Below are positions 30,487 through 45,412 of a stretch of DNA of 64,000 nucleotides, piece after piece. The translations under genes and the position numbers were made by a program. Each line of letters begins with the position of its first letter. The stretch's first letter is position 1. The notes under the pieces are model-generated. The model did no database searches, was not told the DNA's origin, and saw nothing but the letters and a program-made list of their open reading frames with translations. The stretch is taken from assembly GCF_009914755.1 (NCBI RefSeq), contig NC_060940.1; one strand, given 5' to 3'. The stretch comes from the human T2T-CHM13v2.0 reference genome, Homo sapiens.

Positions 30487-33400
30487 CCGGTAGGGTCCAT
30501 TCGATGTTGATTCCATTGGAGTGCATTCGATGATTCCATTCGAGTCCATTTTAGGATTTGATTCGAGTCCTTTCGATGATTCCATTCGATTCCACTCGAT
30601 GATGATTTCATTCGAGTCCATTCGACACTTCCAATCGATTCCATTTGATGATTCCATTCGAGTCCAATTGATGATTCCATTCAATTCCATTCGATGATGA
30701 TTCCGTACGATTCCATTCTGTGATGATTCCATGTGATTGCATTCAATGATGATTCCTTTCGATTGCATTCGATTATGATTCATTTCGTGTTCATTCTATG
30801 GTTCCACAGGTTTCCATTCGTGTCCATTCCATTATTCCATTCTATTCCATTTGATGATGATTCCATTCGATTCCATTCATTGGTGATTCCACTCAATTCC
30901 ATTCAATGATTCCATTCCATTTCTTTCAACAATGATTCCATTAGTTTCTAATCGATGATCCACTTGATTCCATTTGACGACGATTCCATTCTTGTCCATT
31001 CGATGATTCCATTTGATTCCATATGATGATGATTCCATTCGATTCCATACCATGATGATTCCATTCGAGTCCATTCAATGGTGATTCCATTCAATTCCAT
31101 TCGATGATTCCTTTTGATTCCATTCGATGATGATGGCATTCGATTCCTTTCAATCATTCCCTTTGATTCCATTCAAAGGTGATTTCATTCAAGTCCATTC
31201 GATAATTGCATTCGATTCCATTCTATGATGATTCCATTCGAGTCCATTTGATGATTCCATTCAATTCAAGTCAATGATGATTCCATTCGATTCCATTCGA
31301 TGATTCCATTGGATTCCATTCGATGATGATTCCATTCAAATCCATTCGATAATTCAATTCAAGTCCATTCGATGATGATTCCAATCGAATCCATTCAAAG
31401 ATTCCATTCAGTTCCATTCGATGATTCCCTTAGATTCCATTCGATGATTCCACTTGATTCCATTTACGATGATTCCATTCGATTCCATGTGATGATTCCA
31501 TTCAATTCTATTCAATGATGTCTCCATTTGATTCCATTCGACCATGATTGCCTTTGATTCCATTCAATGACTCCATTCGGTTCCGTTTGATGATGATTCC
31601 GTTCGATTCCATCTGATGATTCCATTTGATTCCATTGGATGAGTCCATTCGATTACATTCGATGATTATTCCATTCGAGTGCATTAGATGATTCCATTCG
31701 AGTTCATTCGATGATTCCATTCGATTCCATTCGATGTTGATTCTGTTCAAATCCATTCGATGATTCCACTCGATTCCATTCGTTGACTCCATTTGATCCC
31801 ATTTGATGATTTCCTTTGATTCCCTTTGATGATCATTCCATTTGATTCAATTCGGTGATTTCATTTGATTCCATTCAGTGATGTTTCCATTCGACTCCAT
31901 TCGATGATGATTCCATTCGACTCCATTCGATTATGATTTCATTCAATTCCATTCGATAATGATTCCCTTCGAGTCCATTCGATGATTCCATTCGATTCCA
32001 TTCAACGATGATTTGATTCGTGTCCATTCGATGATTCCATTTGATTCCACTTGATGATGATTCCATTCGAGTCCGTTTGATGATTCCATTCAATTCCATA
32101 CTCCGATGATTTCTTTTGAGCCCACTCAATGCTTCCACTCGATTCCATATGATGATGACTCCATTTGATGAAATTCGATGATGATTCCATTCGCTTGCTT
32201 TCGATGATGATTCCACTTGAGTCCGTTAGAAGATTCTATTCAATTACATTCCAGGACGATTCCGTTCGAGTCCATTTGATGATTCCATTAGACTCCATTC
32301 GACGATGATTCCATTCGATGTTATTCGATGATTCCATTCGATCTCATTCGACGATGATTCCATTCAACTCCATTCGATGTTTCCATTCGAGTTCATTCTA
32401 TTATTCCATTAGATTCCATTCGATGATGATTCCATTCGATTCCATTTGATGATTGCATTCTATTTCATTTGATGATGATTCCATTCGAGTCCACTCGATG
32501 ATTCCATTCGAGTCCATTTAATGAATCCATTGGTTTCAATTCTATGATGATTACATTGGATTCCATTCGTTGATGATTTCATTCGGTTCCATTCAATGAT
32601 GATTCCATTCAATTCCTTTCAATGTTTCCATTCAATTCCATACGATGATGATTCCATTTGATTTGATTCGACAGTGAGCCATTCGATTCAATTCCATGAT
32701 GATTCTATTTGATTCAGTTGGTTGACATTTCCATTCGATTCCATTCGATGATGATTCCCTTTGATTCCATTCAAAGATGATTCCATTCTAGCCCATTCAA
32801 TCATTCCATTCGATTCTATTCAATGATGATTCCATTCATGTCGATTTGGTGATTCCATTTGACTTCATTTGATGATGATTCCTTTCAAGTTCATTAGATG
32901 ATTCCATTCGATTCCATTTGATGATGATCCCATTCGAGTCCATTCAGTGATTCCATTCGTTTCCATTCCATGATGATTCCATTCCATTCCATTCAATGAT
33001 TCCATTCGATTCCGTTTGATGATGATTTCATTCGAGTCCATTTGATGATTCCATTTGATTCCATTCGATGATGATTCCATTCGAGTCCATTCGATGATTC
33101 TATTCGAATCCATTTGATGATTTCTTTTGATTATATTTGGTGATGATTCCATTGGAGTCCATTCAATGATTCCATTCTATTCCAATCGATGATGATTCCA
33201 TTAGAGTCCATTTAATGTTTCCATTTGATTCCAGTCTCTGATGATTACATTCGAGTCCATACGATGATTCCACTCAATTCCATATGATGATGATTCCATT
33301 CGATTCCATTCGATGATTCCATTCTATTCTATTCAATGGTGATTCCATTCGAGTACATTAGATGATTCCATTCGATTCCATTCAATGATGATTCTATTTG

Positions 33401-36400
33401 TGTCCCTTAGATGGTTCCACATGATTCCATTTCATGATGATACTATTTGAGCCCATCCAATGATTCCCTTCGATTCCATTCGATGAGGATTCCATTCGAT
33501 TCAATTCATTGGTGATTCTATTCAATTCAATTCTTTGATTCCATTCCATTCCATTCGACAATGATTCCATTCGATTTCTTTCGATGATTCCACTCGATTC
33601 CACTTGACATTGATTCCATTCGATTCCATTCAATGATTCCGTTTCATTCCAGTGGATGATGATTGCCATCGATTCCATTCGATCACTCCATTCTATTCCA
33701 TTTGATGATGATTACATTCGATTCCATTTGATGATTCCATCTGATTCTATTCGAGGATTCCATTTGATTCCATTCGATGATGATTCCATTCGAGTGCATT
33801 CGATGATTTCATTCGAGTACATCCAATGATTCCATTCGAGTCCATTTGATGATTCCATTTGATTCCATTTGATTATGATTCTACTAGAGTCCATTCAATG
33901 ACTCCATTCGAATCCATTCTACAATTCCATTCGAGGCCATTCGATGATTCCATTTCATGATTCCATTCGAGTCCATTTAATCATTACAGTCGAGTCCATT
34001 TGGTGATTCCACTGGATTACTTTTGATAATGATACCATTCAATTACATTTGATGATGATCCCATTCAATTTCATTTGATGGTGATTCCATTAGAGTCCAT
34101 TCGATGATTTCATTCGAGTCCCTTCATTGATTCCATCCGATTTCATTGGATTATGACTCCATTCGAGTCCATTCGATGATTCCACTCGATTCCATTAGAT
34201 GATTCCTTTGGAGTCCATTTGATTGTTCCATTCGATTCCATTCGATTCCTTTCGAAGATTATTCCATTTGAGTCCATTCGATGATGATTCCATTCCATTC
34301 CATTCGATGATTCCGTTTGATTCCATTCGATGATTCCCTTCGATTCCTTTCTTTGATGATTCCATTCCATTCCATTCAATGATTCCATTCGAATCTATTC
34401 CATGATGATTCCTTTCGATTCCATTCGCTGATGTTTCCGTTCAATTCCATTCGATGATGATTCCATTCGATTCCATTCATTGAGGATTCCATTTGATTCC
34501 ATTCAATGATGATTCCGTTCTATTCCATTCAATGATTGCATTCAATTCCATTCAATGATTATCCCCTTAGAGTAAACTCAACGATTCCATTCAATACCAT
34601 TCGATGATGATTCCTTTTGAGTCCATTCAATGATTTCATTCAAGTCCATTTGATGATTCCTTTCAATTCCATTCTATGATGATTCCATTCGAGTCCATTC
34701 GATGATTCCATTCGATTGCATTCGATTATTCCATTATATTCCAGTCAACGATGATTCCATTCGAGTCCATTCGATGATTCCATTAGAGTACATTTAATGA
34801 TTGCTTTGTTTTCAATTCGAAGATGATTACATTGGATTCCATTCTATGATACCATTCGATTCCATTCAATGATGATTCCACTCAAATCCATTGGATGATT
34901 CCATTCGTGTCCATTCGGTGATTTCATTAGATTCCATTCGAGGATGATTCCATTCGATTCCATTCAATGATGCTTCCACTCAAATCCATTGGATGATTCC
35001 ATTCGTGTCCGTTCGGTGATTTCATTAGATTCCATTCGAGGATGATTCCATTCGATTCCATTTGATGATTCCATTCAATTCCATTCGATGATGATTCCAT
35101 TCCAGTCCATATGATCATTCCATTTGATTTCATTCGATGATGATTCCATTCGATTCCATTCGATGATTCCATTCTATTCCATTCGATGATGATTCCATTC
35201 GAGTCCATTCGATGATTCCATTCGAGTCCATTTAATGATTCCATTGGGTTCAATTCAATGATGATTACATTGGATTCCGTTCTATGATTCCATTCAATTC
35301 CGTTCATTGACAATTTGATTCCATTCGATGATGATTCCATTTGAGTTCATTCGATGATTCTATTCGATTCTCTTCGATGGTGATTCAATTCTATTATATT
35401 GGATGATTCCATTCGATTCCATTTGATGTTGATTCAATTCGATTCTATTCGATGATGATTCCATTGGATTTCACTTGATGATTCTATTCGATTCCATTCA
35501 ATGATGATTCACTTCTCGTCCATTGGATGATTCCATTTCATTCCATTCGATGATGATTCCATTCGATTCCATTCGATGATTCCATTTGATTCCATGCGAC
35601 GGTGAGCAATTCGATTCAATTCCATGATGATTCTATTTGATTCAATTAGATGATGTTTCCATTCGAATCCATTCCATGATTATTCCATTGGAATCCATTT
35701 GGCGATGATTCCATATGAGTCAATTCAATGATGATTCCATATGGGTCCGTTCGATGATAATTCCATTTGATTTCATTCGATGCTTCTATTCTATTCCAGT
35801 CGATGAATATTCCGTTGGAGTCCATACGATGATTCCATTTGATTTCATTTGATGATGATTCCATTCGATGATGATTACATTGGATTCCATTCTATGATTC
35901 CATTCAATTCCATTCGTTGATGATTCGATTCCATTCAATGATGATTCCATTTGAGTTCATTCGATGATTCTATTCGATTCCGTTCGATGGTGATTCAATT
36001 CTCTTATATTGGATGATTCCACTCGATTCCATTTGATGATTATTCCATTGGAGTCCACTTAGTGAATCCTTTAGATTCTACTCGAAGATGATTCCATTCG
36101 AGTCCATTCAATGATACCATTCAATTTCATTCATTGATGCTTCCATTCAAGTGCATTCGATGATATCATTCGATTCCATTTGATGATAATTCCATTTGAT
36201 TCCATGCGATGATTCTATTCGATTCCATTCAATGATAATTCCTTTCAATTCAGTGATTCCTCTAGACTCCATTTGATGATGATTCCATTCAATGATTCCA
36301 TTCGATTCTATTCCAAAATGATTCCATTTGAATCCATTTGATGATGATTCCATTAGATTCCATTTGATGATTCCATTCAATTCCATTTGACGATGATTCC

Positions 36401-36686
36401 ATTCGATTCCATTTGATGATTCCATTCTATTCTATTCGATGATGATTCCATTCGATTCCATTTGATGATGATTGGATTCGATTCCATTTGATGATTTCAT
36501 TTGATTCCATTCGTTAATGATTTCGATCAACTCCATTCGATGATTCCATTTGATTCCATTCGATAATGATTACATCCGAGTCCATTCGATGATTCCATTT
36601 GAGCCCGTTCGATAATTCCATTTGAGTCCAATCAATGATTCCATACATTTCCATTCAATGATTCCATTCGAGTCCATTTGATCATT
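30487..36686 (+). repeat. Higher-order unit 6 (6200 bp), mosaic unit with 98 bp internal duplication
   Basis: Landmark distance 30487->36687. CTCAAATCCATTGGATG...CGAGGATG occurs twice (34881 and 34979). Confidence 0.88.
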
Positions 36687-37519
36687 CTGGTAGGGTCCGT
36701 TCGATGTTGATTCCATTGGAGTGCATTCGATGATTCCATTCGAGTCCATTTTATGATTTGATTCGAGTCCTTTCGATGATTCCATTCGATTCCACTCGAT
36801 GATGATTTCATTCGAGTCCATTCGACACTTCCAATCGATTCCATTTGATGTTTCCATTCGAGTCCAATTGATGATTCCATTCAATTCCATTCGATGATGA
36901 TTCCGTACGACTCCATTCTGTGATGATTACATGTGATTGCATTCAATGATGATTCCTTTCGACTGCATTCGATTATGATTCATTTCGTGTTCATTCTATG
37001 GTTCCACAGGTTTCCATTCGATGACGTTTCCGTTCGTGTCCATTCCATTATTCCATTCTATTTCATTTGATGATGATTCCATTCGATTCCATTCATTGGT
37101 GATTCCACTCAATTCCATTCAATGATTCCATTCCATTTCTTTCAACAATGATTCCATTGCTTTCTAATCGATGATCCACTTGATTCCATTTGACGACGAT
37201 TCCATTCTTGTCCATTCGATAATTCCATTTGATTCCATACGATGATGATTCCATTCGATTCCATACGATGATGATTCCATTCGAGTCCATTCAATGGTGA
37301 TTCCATTCAATTCCATTCGATGATTCCTTTCGATTCCATTCGATGATGATGGCATTCGATTCCTTTCAATCATTCCCTTTGATTCCATTCAAAGGTGATT
37401 TCATTCAAGTCCATTCGATAATTGCATTCGATTCCATTCTATGATGATTCCATTCGAGTCCATTTGATGATTCCATTCAATTCAAGTCAATGATGATTCC
37501 ATTCGATTCCATTCGATGA

Positions 37520-38340
37520 TTCCATTGGATTCCATTCGATGATGATTCCATTCAAATCCATTCGATAATTCAATTCAAGTCCATTCGATGATGATTGAAA
37601 TCGAATCCATTCAAAGATTCCATTCAGTTCCATTCGATGATTCCCTTAGATTCCATTCGATGATTCCACTTGATTCCATTTACGATGATTCCATTCGATT
37701 CCATGTGATGATTCCATTCAATTCTATTCAATGCTGTTTCCATTTGATTCCATTCGACCATGATTGCCTTTGATTCCATTCAATGACTCCATTCGGTTCC
37801 TTTTGATGATGATTCCGTTCGATTCCATTTCATTATTCCATTTGATTCCATTGGATGAGTCCATTCGATTACATTCGATGATTATTCCATTCGAGTGCAT
37901 TAGATGATTCCATTCGAGTCCATTCGATGATTCCATTGGATTCCATTCGATGATGATTCCATTCAAATCCATTCGATAATTCAATTCACGTCCATTCGAT
38001 GATGATTCCAATCGAATCCATTCAAAGATTCCATTCAGTTCCATTCGATGATTCCACTTGATTCCATTTACGATGATTCCATTCGATTCCATGTGATGAT
38101 TCCATTCAATTCTATTCAATGATGTTTCCATTTGATTCCATTCGACCATGATTGCCTTTGATTCCATTCAATGATTCCATTCGGTTCCGTTTGATGATGA
38201 TTCCGTTCGATTCCATTTGATGATTCCATTTGATTCCATTGGATGAGTCCATTCGATTACATTCGATGATTATTCCATTCGAGTGCATTAGATGATTGCA
38301 TTCGAGTCCATTCGATGATTCCATTCGAGTCCATTCGATG
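37520..38340 (+). repeat. ~411 bp tandem duplication inside unit 7
   Basis: TTCAAATCCATTCGATAATTCAATTCA at 37551 and 37962. CGACCATGATTGCCTTTG and GAGTGCATTAGATG each occur twice. Confidence 0.85.
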
Positions 38341-41300
38341 ATTCCATTCGATTCCATTCGATGTTGATTCTGTTCAAATCCATTCGATGATTCCACTCGA
38401 TTCCATTCGATGACTCCATTTGATCCCATTCGATGATTTCCTTTGATTCCCTTTGATGATCATTCCATTTGATTCAATTCGGTGATTTCATTTGATTCCA
38501 TTCAGTGTTGTTTCCATTCGACTCCATTCGATGATGATTCCATTCGACTACATTCGATTATGATTTCATTCAATTCCATTCGATAAAGATTCCCTTCGAG
38601 TCCAATCGATGATTCCATTCGATTCCATTCAACGATGATTTGATTCGTGTCCATTCGATGATTCCATTTGATTCCACTTGATGAGGATTCCATTCGAGTC
38701 CATTTGATGATTCCATTCAATTCCATTCTCCGATGATTTCTTTTGAGCCCATTCAATGCTTCCACTCGATTACATATGATGATGACTCCATTCGATGAAA
38801 CTCGATGATGATTCCATTCGCTTGCATTCGATGATGATTCCACTTGAGTCCGTTAGAAGATTCTATTCAATTACATTCCATGACGATTCCGTTCGAGTCC
38901 ATTTGATGATTCCATTACACTCCATTCGACAATGATTCCATTCAATGTTATTCGATGATTCCATTCGATCTCATTCGATGATGATTCCATTCAACTCCAT
39001 TCGATGTTTCCATTCGAGTTCATTCTATTATTCCATTAGATTCCATTCGATGATGATTCCATTCGATTCCATTTGATGATTGCATTCTATTTCATTTGAT
39101 GATGATTCCATTCGAGTCCATTCGATGATTCCATTTGAGTCCATTTAATGAATCCATTGGTTTCAATTCTATGATGATTATATTGGATTCGATTCGTTGA
39201 TGATTTCATTCGATTCCATTCAATGATGATTCCATTCAATTCCATTCAATGATTCCATTCAATTCCATACGATGATGATTCCATTTGATTTGATTCGACA
39301 GTGAGCCATTCGATTCAATTCCATGATGATTCTATTTGATTCACTTTGTTGACATTTCCATTCGGTTCCATTCGATGATTATTCCATCTGATTCCATTCA
39401 AAGATGATTCCATTCTAGCCCATTCAATCATTCCATTCGATTCTATTCAATGATGATTCCATTCATGTCGATTTGGTGATTCCATTTGACTTCATTTGAT
39501 GATGATTCCTTTCAAGTTCATTAGATGATTCCATTCGATTCCATTTGATGATGATCCCATTCGAGTCCATTCAGTGATTCCACTCGTTTCCATTCCATGA
39601 TGATTCCATTCCATTCCATTCAATGATTCCATTCGATTCCGTTTGATGATGATTTCATTCGAGTCCATTTGATGATTCCATTTGATTCCATTCGATGATG
39701 ATTCCATTCGAGTCCATTCGATGATTCTATTCGAATCCATTTGATGATTTCTTTTGATTATATTTGGTGATGATTCCATTGGAGTCCATTCAATGATTCC
39801 ATTCGATTCCAATCGATGGTGGTTCCATTAGAGACCATTTAATGATTCCATTTGATTCCAGTCTCTGATGTTTACATTCGAGTCCATACGATGATTCCAC
39901 TCAATTCCATATGATGATGATTCCATTCGATTCCATTCGATGATTCCATTCTATTCTATTCAATGGTGATTCCATTCGAGTACATTAGATGATTCCATTC
40001 GATTCCATTCAATGATGATTCTATTTGTGTCCCTTAGATGATTCCACATGATTCCATTAGATGATGATACTATTTGAGCCCATCCAATGATTCCCTTCGA
40101 TTCCATTCGATGAGGATTCCATTCGATTCAATTCATTGGTGATTCTATTCAATTCAATTCTTTGATTCAATTCCATTCCATTCGACAATGATTCCATTCG
40201 ATTTCTTTCGATGATTCCACTCCATTTCACTTGACATTGATTACATTCGATTCCATTCAATGATTCCGTTTGATTCCAGTGGATGATGATTGCCGTCGAT
40301 TCCATTCGATCACTCCATTCTGTTCCATTTGATGATGATTACATTCGATTCCATTTGATGATTCCATCTGATTCTATTCGAGGATTCCATTTGATTCCAT
40401 TCGATGATGATTCCATTCGAGTCCATTCGATGATTTCATTCGAGTACATCCAATGATTCCATTCGAGTCCATTTGATGATTCCATTTCATTCCATTTGAT
40501 TATGATTCTACTAGAGTCCATTCAATGACTCCATTCGAGTCCATTCAACAGTTCCATCCGAGTCCATTCGATGATTCCATTCGATTCCATTTGATGATTC
40601 CATTCGAGTCCATTTAATCATTACAGTCGAGTCCATTTGGTGATTCCACTGGATTTCTTTTGATAATGATACCATTCAATTACATTTGATGATGATCCCA
40701 TTCAATTTCATTTGATGATGATTCCATTAGAGTCCATTCCATGATTTCATTCGAGTCCCTTCATTGATTCCATCCGATTTCATTTCATGATGACTCCATT
40801 CGAGTCCATTCGATGATTCCACTCGATTCCATTAGATGATTCCATTGGAGTCCATTTGATTGTTCCATTCGATTCCATTCGATTCCTTTCGAAGATTATT
40901 CCATTTGAGTCCATTCGATGATGATTCCATTCCATTCCATTCGATGATTCCGTTTGATTCCATTCGATGATTCCCTGCGATTCCTTTCTATGATGATTCC
41001 ATTCCATTCCATTCAATGATTCCATTCGAATCTATTCCATGATGATTCCTTTCGATTCCATTCGCTGATGTTTCCGTTCAATTCCATTCGATGATGATTC
41101 CATTCGATTCCATTCATTGAGGATTCCATTGGATTCCATTCAATGATGATTCCATTCTATTCCATTCAATGATTGCATTCAATTCCATTCAATGATTATG
41201 CCATTAGAGTAAATTCAACGATTCCATTCAATACCATTCGATGATGATTCCTTTTGAGTCCATTCAATGATTTCATTCAAGTCCATTTGATGATTCCTTT

Positions 41301-41486
41301 CAATTCCATTCCATGATGATTCCATTCGAGTCCATTCGATGATTCCATTCGATTGCATTCGATGATTCCATTATATTCCATTCAACGATGATTCCATTCG
41401 AGTCCATTCGATGATTCCATTAGAGTACATTTAATGATTGCTTTGTTTTCAATTCGAAGATGATTACATTGGATTCCATTCTATGA

Positions 41487-42244
41487 TTCCATTCGATTGC
41501 ATTCATTGATGATTCCACCCAATTCCATTCGATGATGATTCCATTCGATTTCAATGATTCTACTCGATTCCATTCAATGATGATTCAATTCTATTCCGTT
41601 TGATGATTCCATTAGATTCCATTCTATGATGATTCCATTCGAGTCCATTCGAAGATTTCATTCGATTACATTCCATGACGATTCCATTCGAGTCCATTCG
41701 ATGATTCCATTTGAATCCATTCGACGATGATTCCATTTGATGCTATTCGATGATTCCATTGGATTCCATTCGATGATGATTCCATTCGACTTGATTTGAT
41801 GTTTCTATTTGAGTCCATTCGGTTATTTTATTAGACTACATTCGATGATGATTCCATTCGATGCCATTCAATGATTCCATTTGATTCCACTCAATGATGA
41901 TTGCATTCGTGTCCATTCGATGATTCCATTTGGTTCCATTTGATGATGATTCCATTCGAGTCCATTCGATGATACCATTCAATTCCATTCGATGATCATT
42001 CCATTCGAATCCATTTGATGATTCCACTCAATTCCATTTGATGACTCCTTTCATTCCCATTCGATGATTCCCTTCAGTTCCAATTGGATGATCTTTCCAT
42101 TTGATTCAATATGGTGACTCCATTCTATTATATTCAATGATGATTCCATTCGACTCCATTAGATGATGACTCCATTCCATTCCATTCGATTGTGATTTCA
42201 TTCGATTCCATTCGAAGATGATTCCATTCGAGTCCATTTGATGA
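41487..42244 (+). repeat. Extra diverged HSat2 block A (~758 bp), absent from 6.1 kb units
   Basis: Lies between GGATTCCATTCTATGA (41471-41486; unit 2 ~10400-10415) and the segment leading to TTCCACTCAAATCCATTGG (42271; unit 2 10442), which are adjacent in standard units. Confidence 0.8.
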
Positions 42245-42349
42245 TTCCATTCGATTCCATTCAATGATGATTCCACTCAAATCCATTGGATGATTCCATT
42301 CGTTTCCAATTGGTGATTTCATTAGATTCCATTCGAGGATGATTCTATT

Positions 42350-44365
42350 CGAGTCCATTCAATGATTCCATTGGATTCCGTTTGATAATGATTCCATTAG
42401 AGTTCATTCGATGATTCCCTTCGAGTCCATTCGATTATTTCTTTTGATTCCATTTGATGATGATTCCATTCGATTCCATTCAATGATTCCATTCCATTCC
42501 ATTCGATGATGATTCCATTCGATAATGATTACATTCGAGCCCATGTGATGATTCCATTAGATTCTATTCAATGATGATTCCATTCGACCACATTCGATGA
42601 TGGCATTCGAGTCCATTCGATGATTTCACTCGATTCCACTTGATGATGATTCCTTTTGAGTCCATTTGATGATTACATTCGAGTCCATGAGATGACTCCA
42701 TTCGATTCCATTTCATGATGATGCAATTCGAGGCTATTCGATCATCCCATTTTAGTGCATTCGGTGATTCTCTTTTATTACATTCGATGAGGGCTCCATT
42801 CGAGTCCATTCAATGATTCCATTAGATTCCACTCGATGATGATTCCATTTGAGTCCATTCAAAGATTCCTTTCGAGTCCATTCGATAATTCTATTGGATT
42901 CCACTAGGTGATGATTCCTTTCGAGTCAATTCGATGATTCCTTTCAAGTGCCTTCAATGATTCCATTCGATTCCATTCGATGACGATTCATTTCAAGTCC
43001 ATTCAATGGTTCCATTCTGTTGAATTTGATGGTTCCATTTGATTCCATTCGATGATGATTCCATTCGTGTCCATTGGATGATTCCATTCGATTCCTTTCG
43101 AGGAAGATTCCATTCGACTCCATTCGATGATTCCGTTCGATTCCATTCCATGATGATTCCATTTGATTCCATTCCATGATTCCATTCGATACCATTCGAT
43201 GATGATTCCATTCGACTCCATTTGATGAATCCATTCAATGCTTCCATTCGAGTCCATTCGATGATTCCATTCGATTCCATTCCATGAAGATTCCATTCGA
43301 GTACATTTGATGATTCCATTTAATTCCATAGGATGATGATTCTATTAGGGTCCGTTGACTATTCCATTCAATTCCATTCGAAGATTCCATTCGAGTCCAC
43401 TCGATGATTCTATTTGATTCCATTTGATAATTCCATTCGATTCCATTTGATGTTGATTCCATTCGAGTCCATTCGATCATTATTACATTTGATTCTATTC
43501 GATGATTCCATTCGATTCCATTTGATGAGGATTCCATTCGAGACCATTTGATGATTCCATTCAATTCCATTGGATGATTCCAATATTTTCCATTAGATGA
43601 TGATTCCATTCGATTCCATTCAATGATGATTCCATCAGAATCCATTCGATGATGACTCCTTTTGCTTCCATTCAATGATCATTACATTCGGTTCCATTCG
43701 ATGATGATTCCTTTGGATTCCATTCGATGATGCTTCCATTCGATTCCATTTGATGATGATTCTTTTCGATTCCATTTGATGATGATTCCATTTGATTCCA
43801 TTCGATGGTGATTCCATTTGATGATTCCATTCGATTGTATTCGATGATGATTCCACTCGATTCTATTTGATGATGACTGCATTCGATTCCATTTGATGAT
43901 TCCATTTGATTCCATTCGATGATGATTCTGATCAATTGCATTCGATGATCCATTCGATTCCATTTGATGGTTCCATTTGATTCCATTTGATAATGATTCC
44001 TTTCGAGTCCATTCGATGATTCCATTTGCGGATATTCGATAATTCCATTTGAGTCCAACCGATGATTCCATTCGAGGCCATTCAATCATTCTTTTTGAGT
44101 CCTTTCGATAAAGATTCCATTTTAGTCCATTCAATAATTCCACTGGAGTCCATTCGATGATTGCTTTTAATTCCATTCGATGATATTCCATTCGAGTCCA
44201 TTCGATGATTCCATTCGTTGCTATTAGATGATGATTCCATTCATGACCATTTGGTGATTCCATTCGATTTCATTCGTTGATGATTCCATTCGAGTCCATT
44301 CCATGATTCCATTCAAGTCCATTTGATGATTTCTTTGAATTCAATTCGATGATGATTCCATTCGA
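42350..44365 (+). repeat. Extra diverged HSat2 block B (~2013 bp), absent from 6.1 kb units
   Basis: Lies between ATTCGAGGATGATTC (42331; unit 2 10502) and CCATATGAT (44417; unit 2 10575). ORF artefacts here have no identical counterparts elsewhere in the window. Confidence 0.8.
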
Positions 44366-45412
44366 GTCCATTCGATGATTCCATTCAGTTCCATTCGATG
44401 ATGATTCCTTTCGAGACCATATGATGATTCCATTTGATTTCATTCGATGATGATTCCATTCGATTCCATTCGATGATTCCATTCTATTCCATTCGATGAT
44501 GATTCCATTCGAGTCCATTTAATGATTCCATTGGGTTCAATTCAATGATGATTACATTGGATTCTCTTCTATGATACCATTCAATTCCGTTCATTGACAA
44601 TTTGATTCCATTCGATGATGATTCCATTTGAGTTCATTCGATGATTCTATTCGATTCTCTTCGATGGTGATTCAATTCTATTATATTGGATGATTCCATT
44701 CGATTCCATTTGATGTTGATTCAATTCGATTCTATTCGATGATGATTCCATTGGATTTCATTTGATGATTCTATTCGATTCCATTCAATGATGATTCACT
44801 TCTCGTCCATTGGATGATTCCATTTCATTCCATTCGATGATGATTCCATTCGATTCCATTCGATGATTCCATTTGATTCCATTCGACGGTGAGCAATTCG
44901 ATTCAATTCCATGATGATTCTATTTGATTCAGTTAGATGATGTTTCCATTCGAATCCATTCCATGATTATTCCATTGGAATCCATTCGGCGATGATTCCA
45001 TATGAGTCAATTCAATGATGATTCCATATGGGTCAGTTCGATGATAATTCCATTTGATTTCATTCGATGCTTCTATTCAATTCCAGTCGATGATGATTCC
45101 GTTGGAGTCCATACGATGACTCCATTTGATTTCATTTGATGATGATTCCATTCGATTCCATTCGATGACTCCATTCTGTTCCATTCGATGATGATTCCAT
45201 TCGAGTCCACTCGATGATTCCTTTCGAGTCCATTTCATGATTCCATTGGGTTCAATTCGATGATGATTACACTGGATTCCATTCTATGATTCCATTCAAT
45301 TCCATTCGTTGATGATTCGATTCCATTCAATGATGATTCCATTTGAGTTCATTCGATGATTCTATTCGATTCCGTTAGATGGTGATTCAATTCTATTATA
45401 TTGGATGATTCC

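Noticed and set aside
43682-44263. Longest ORF (193 aa) in the relic block
   Set aside because: Same satellite peptide vocabulary, overlapping similar ORFs in other frames; a chance absence of stops.
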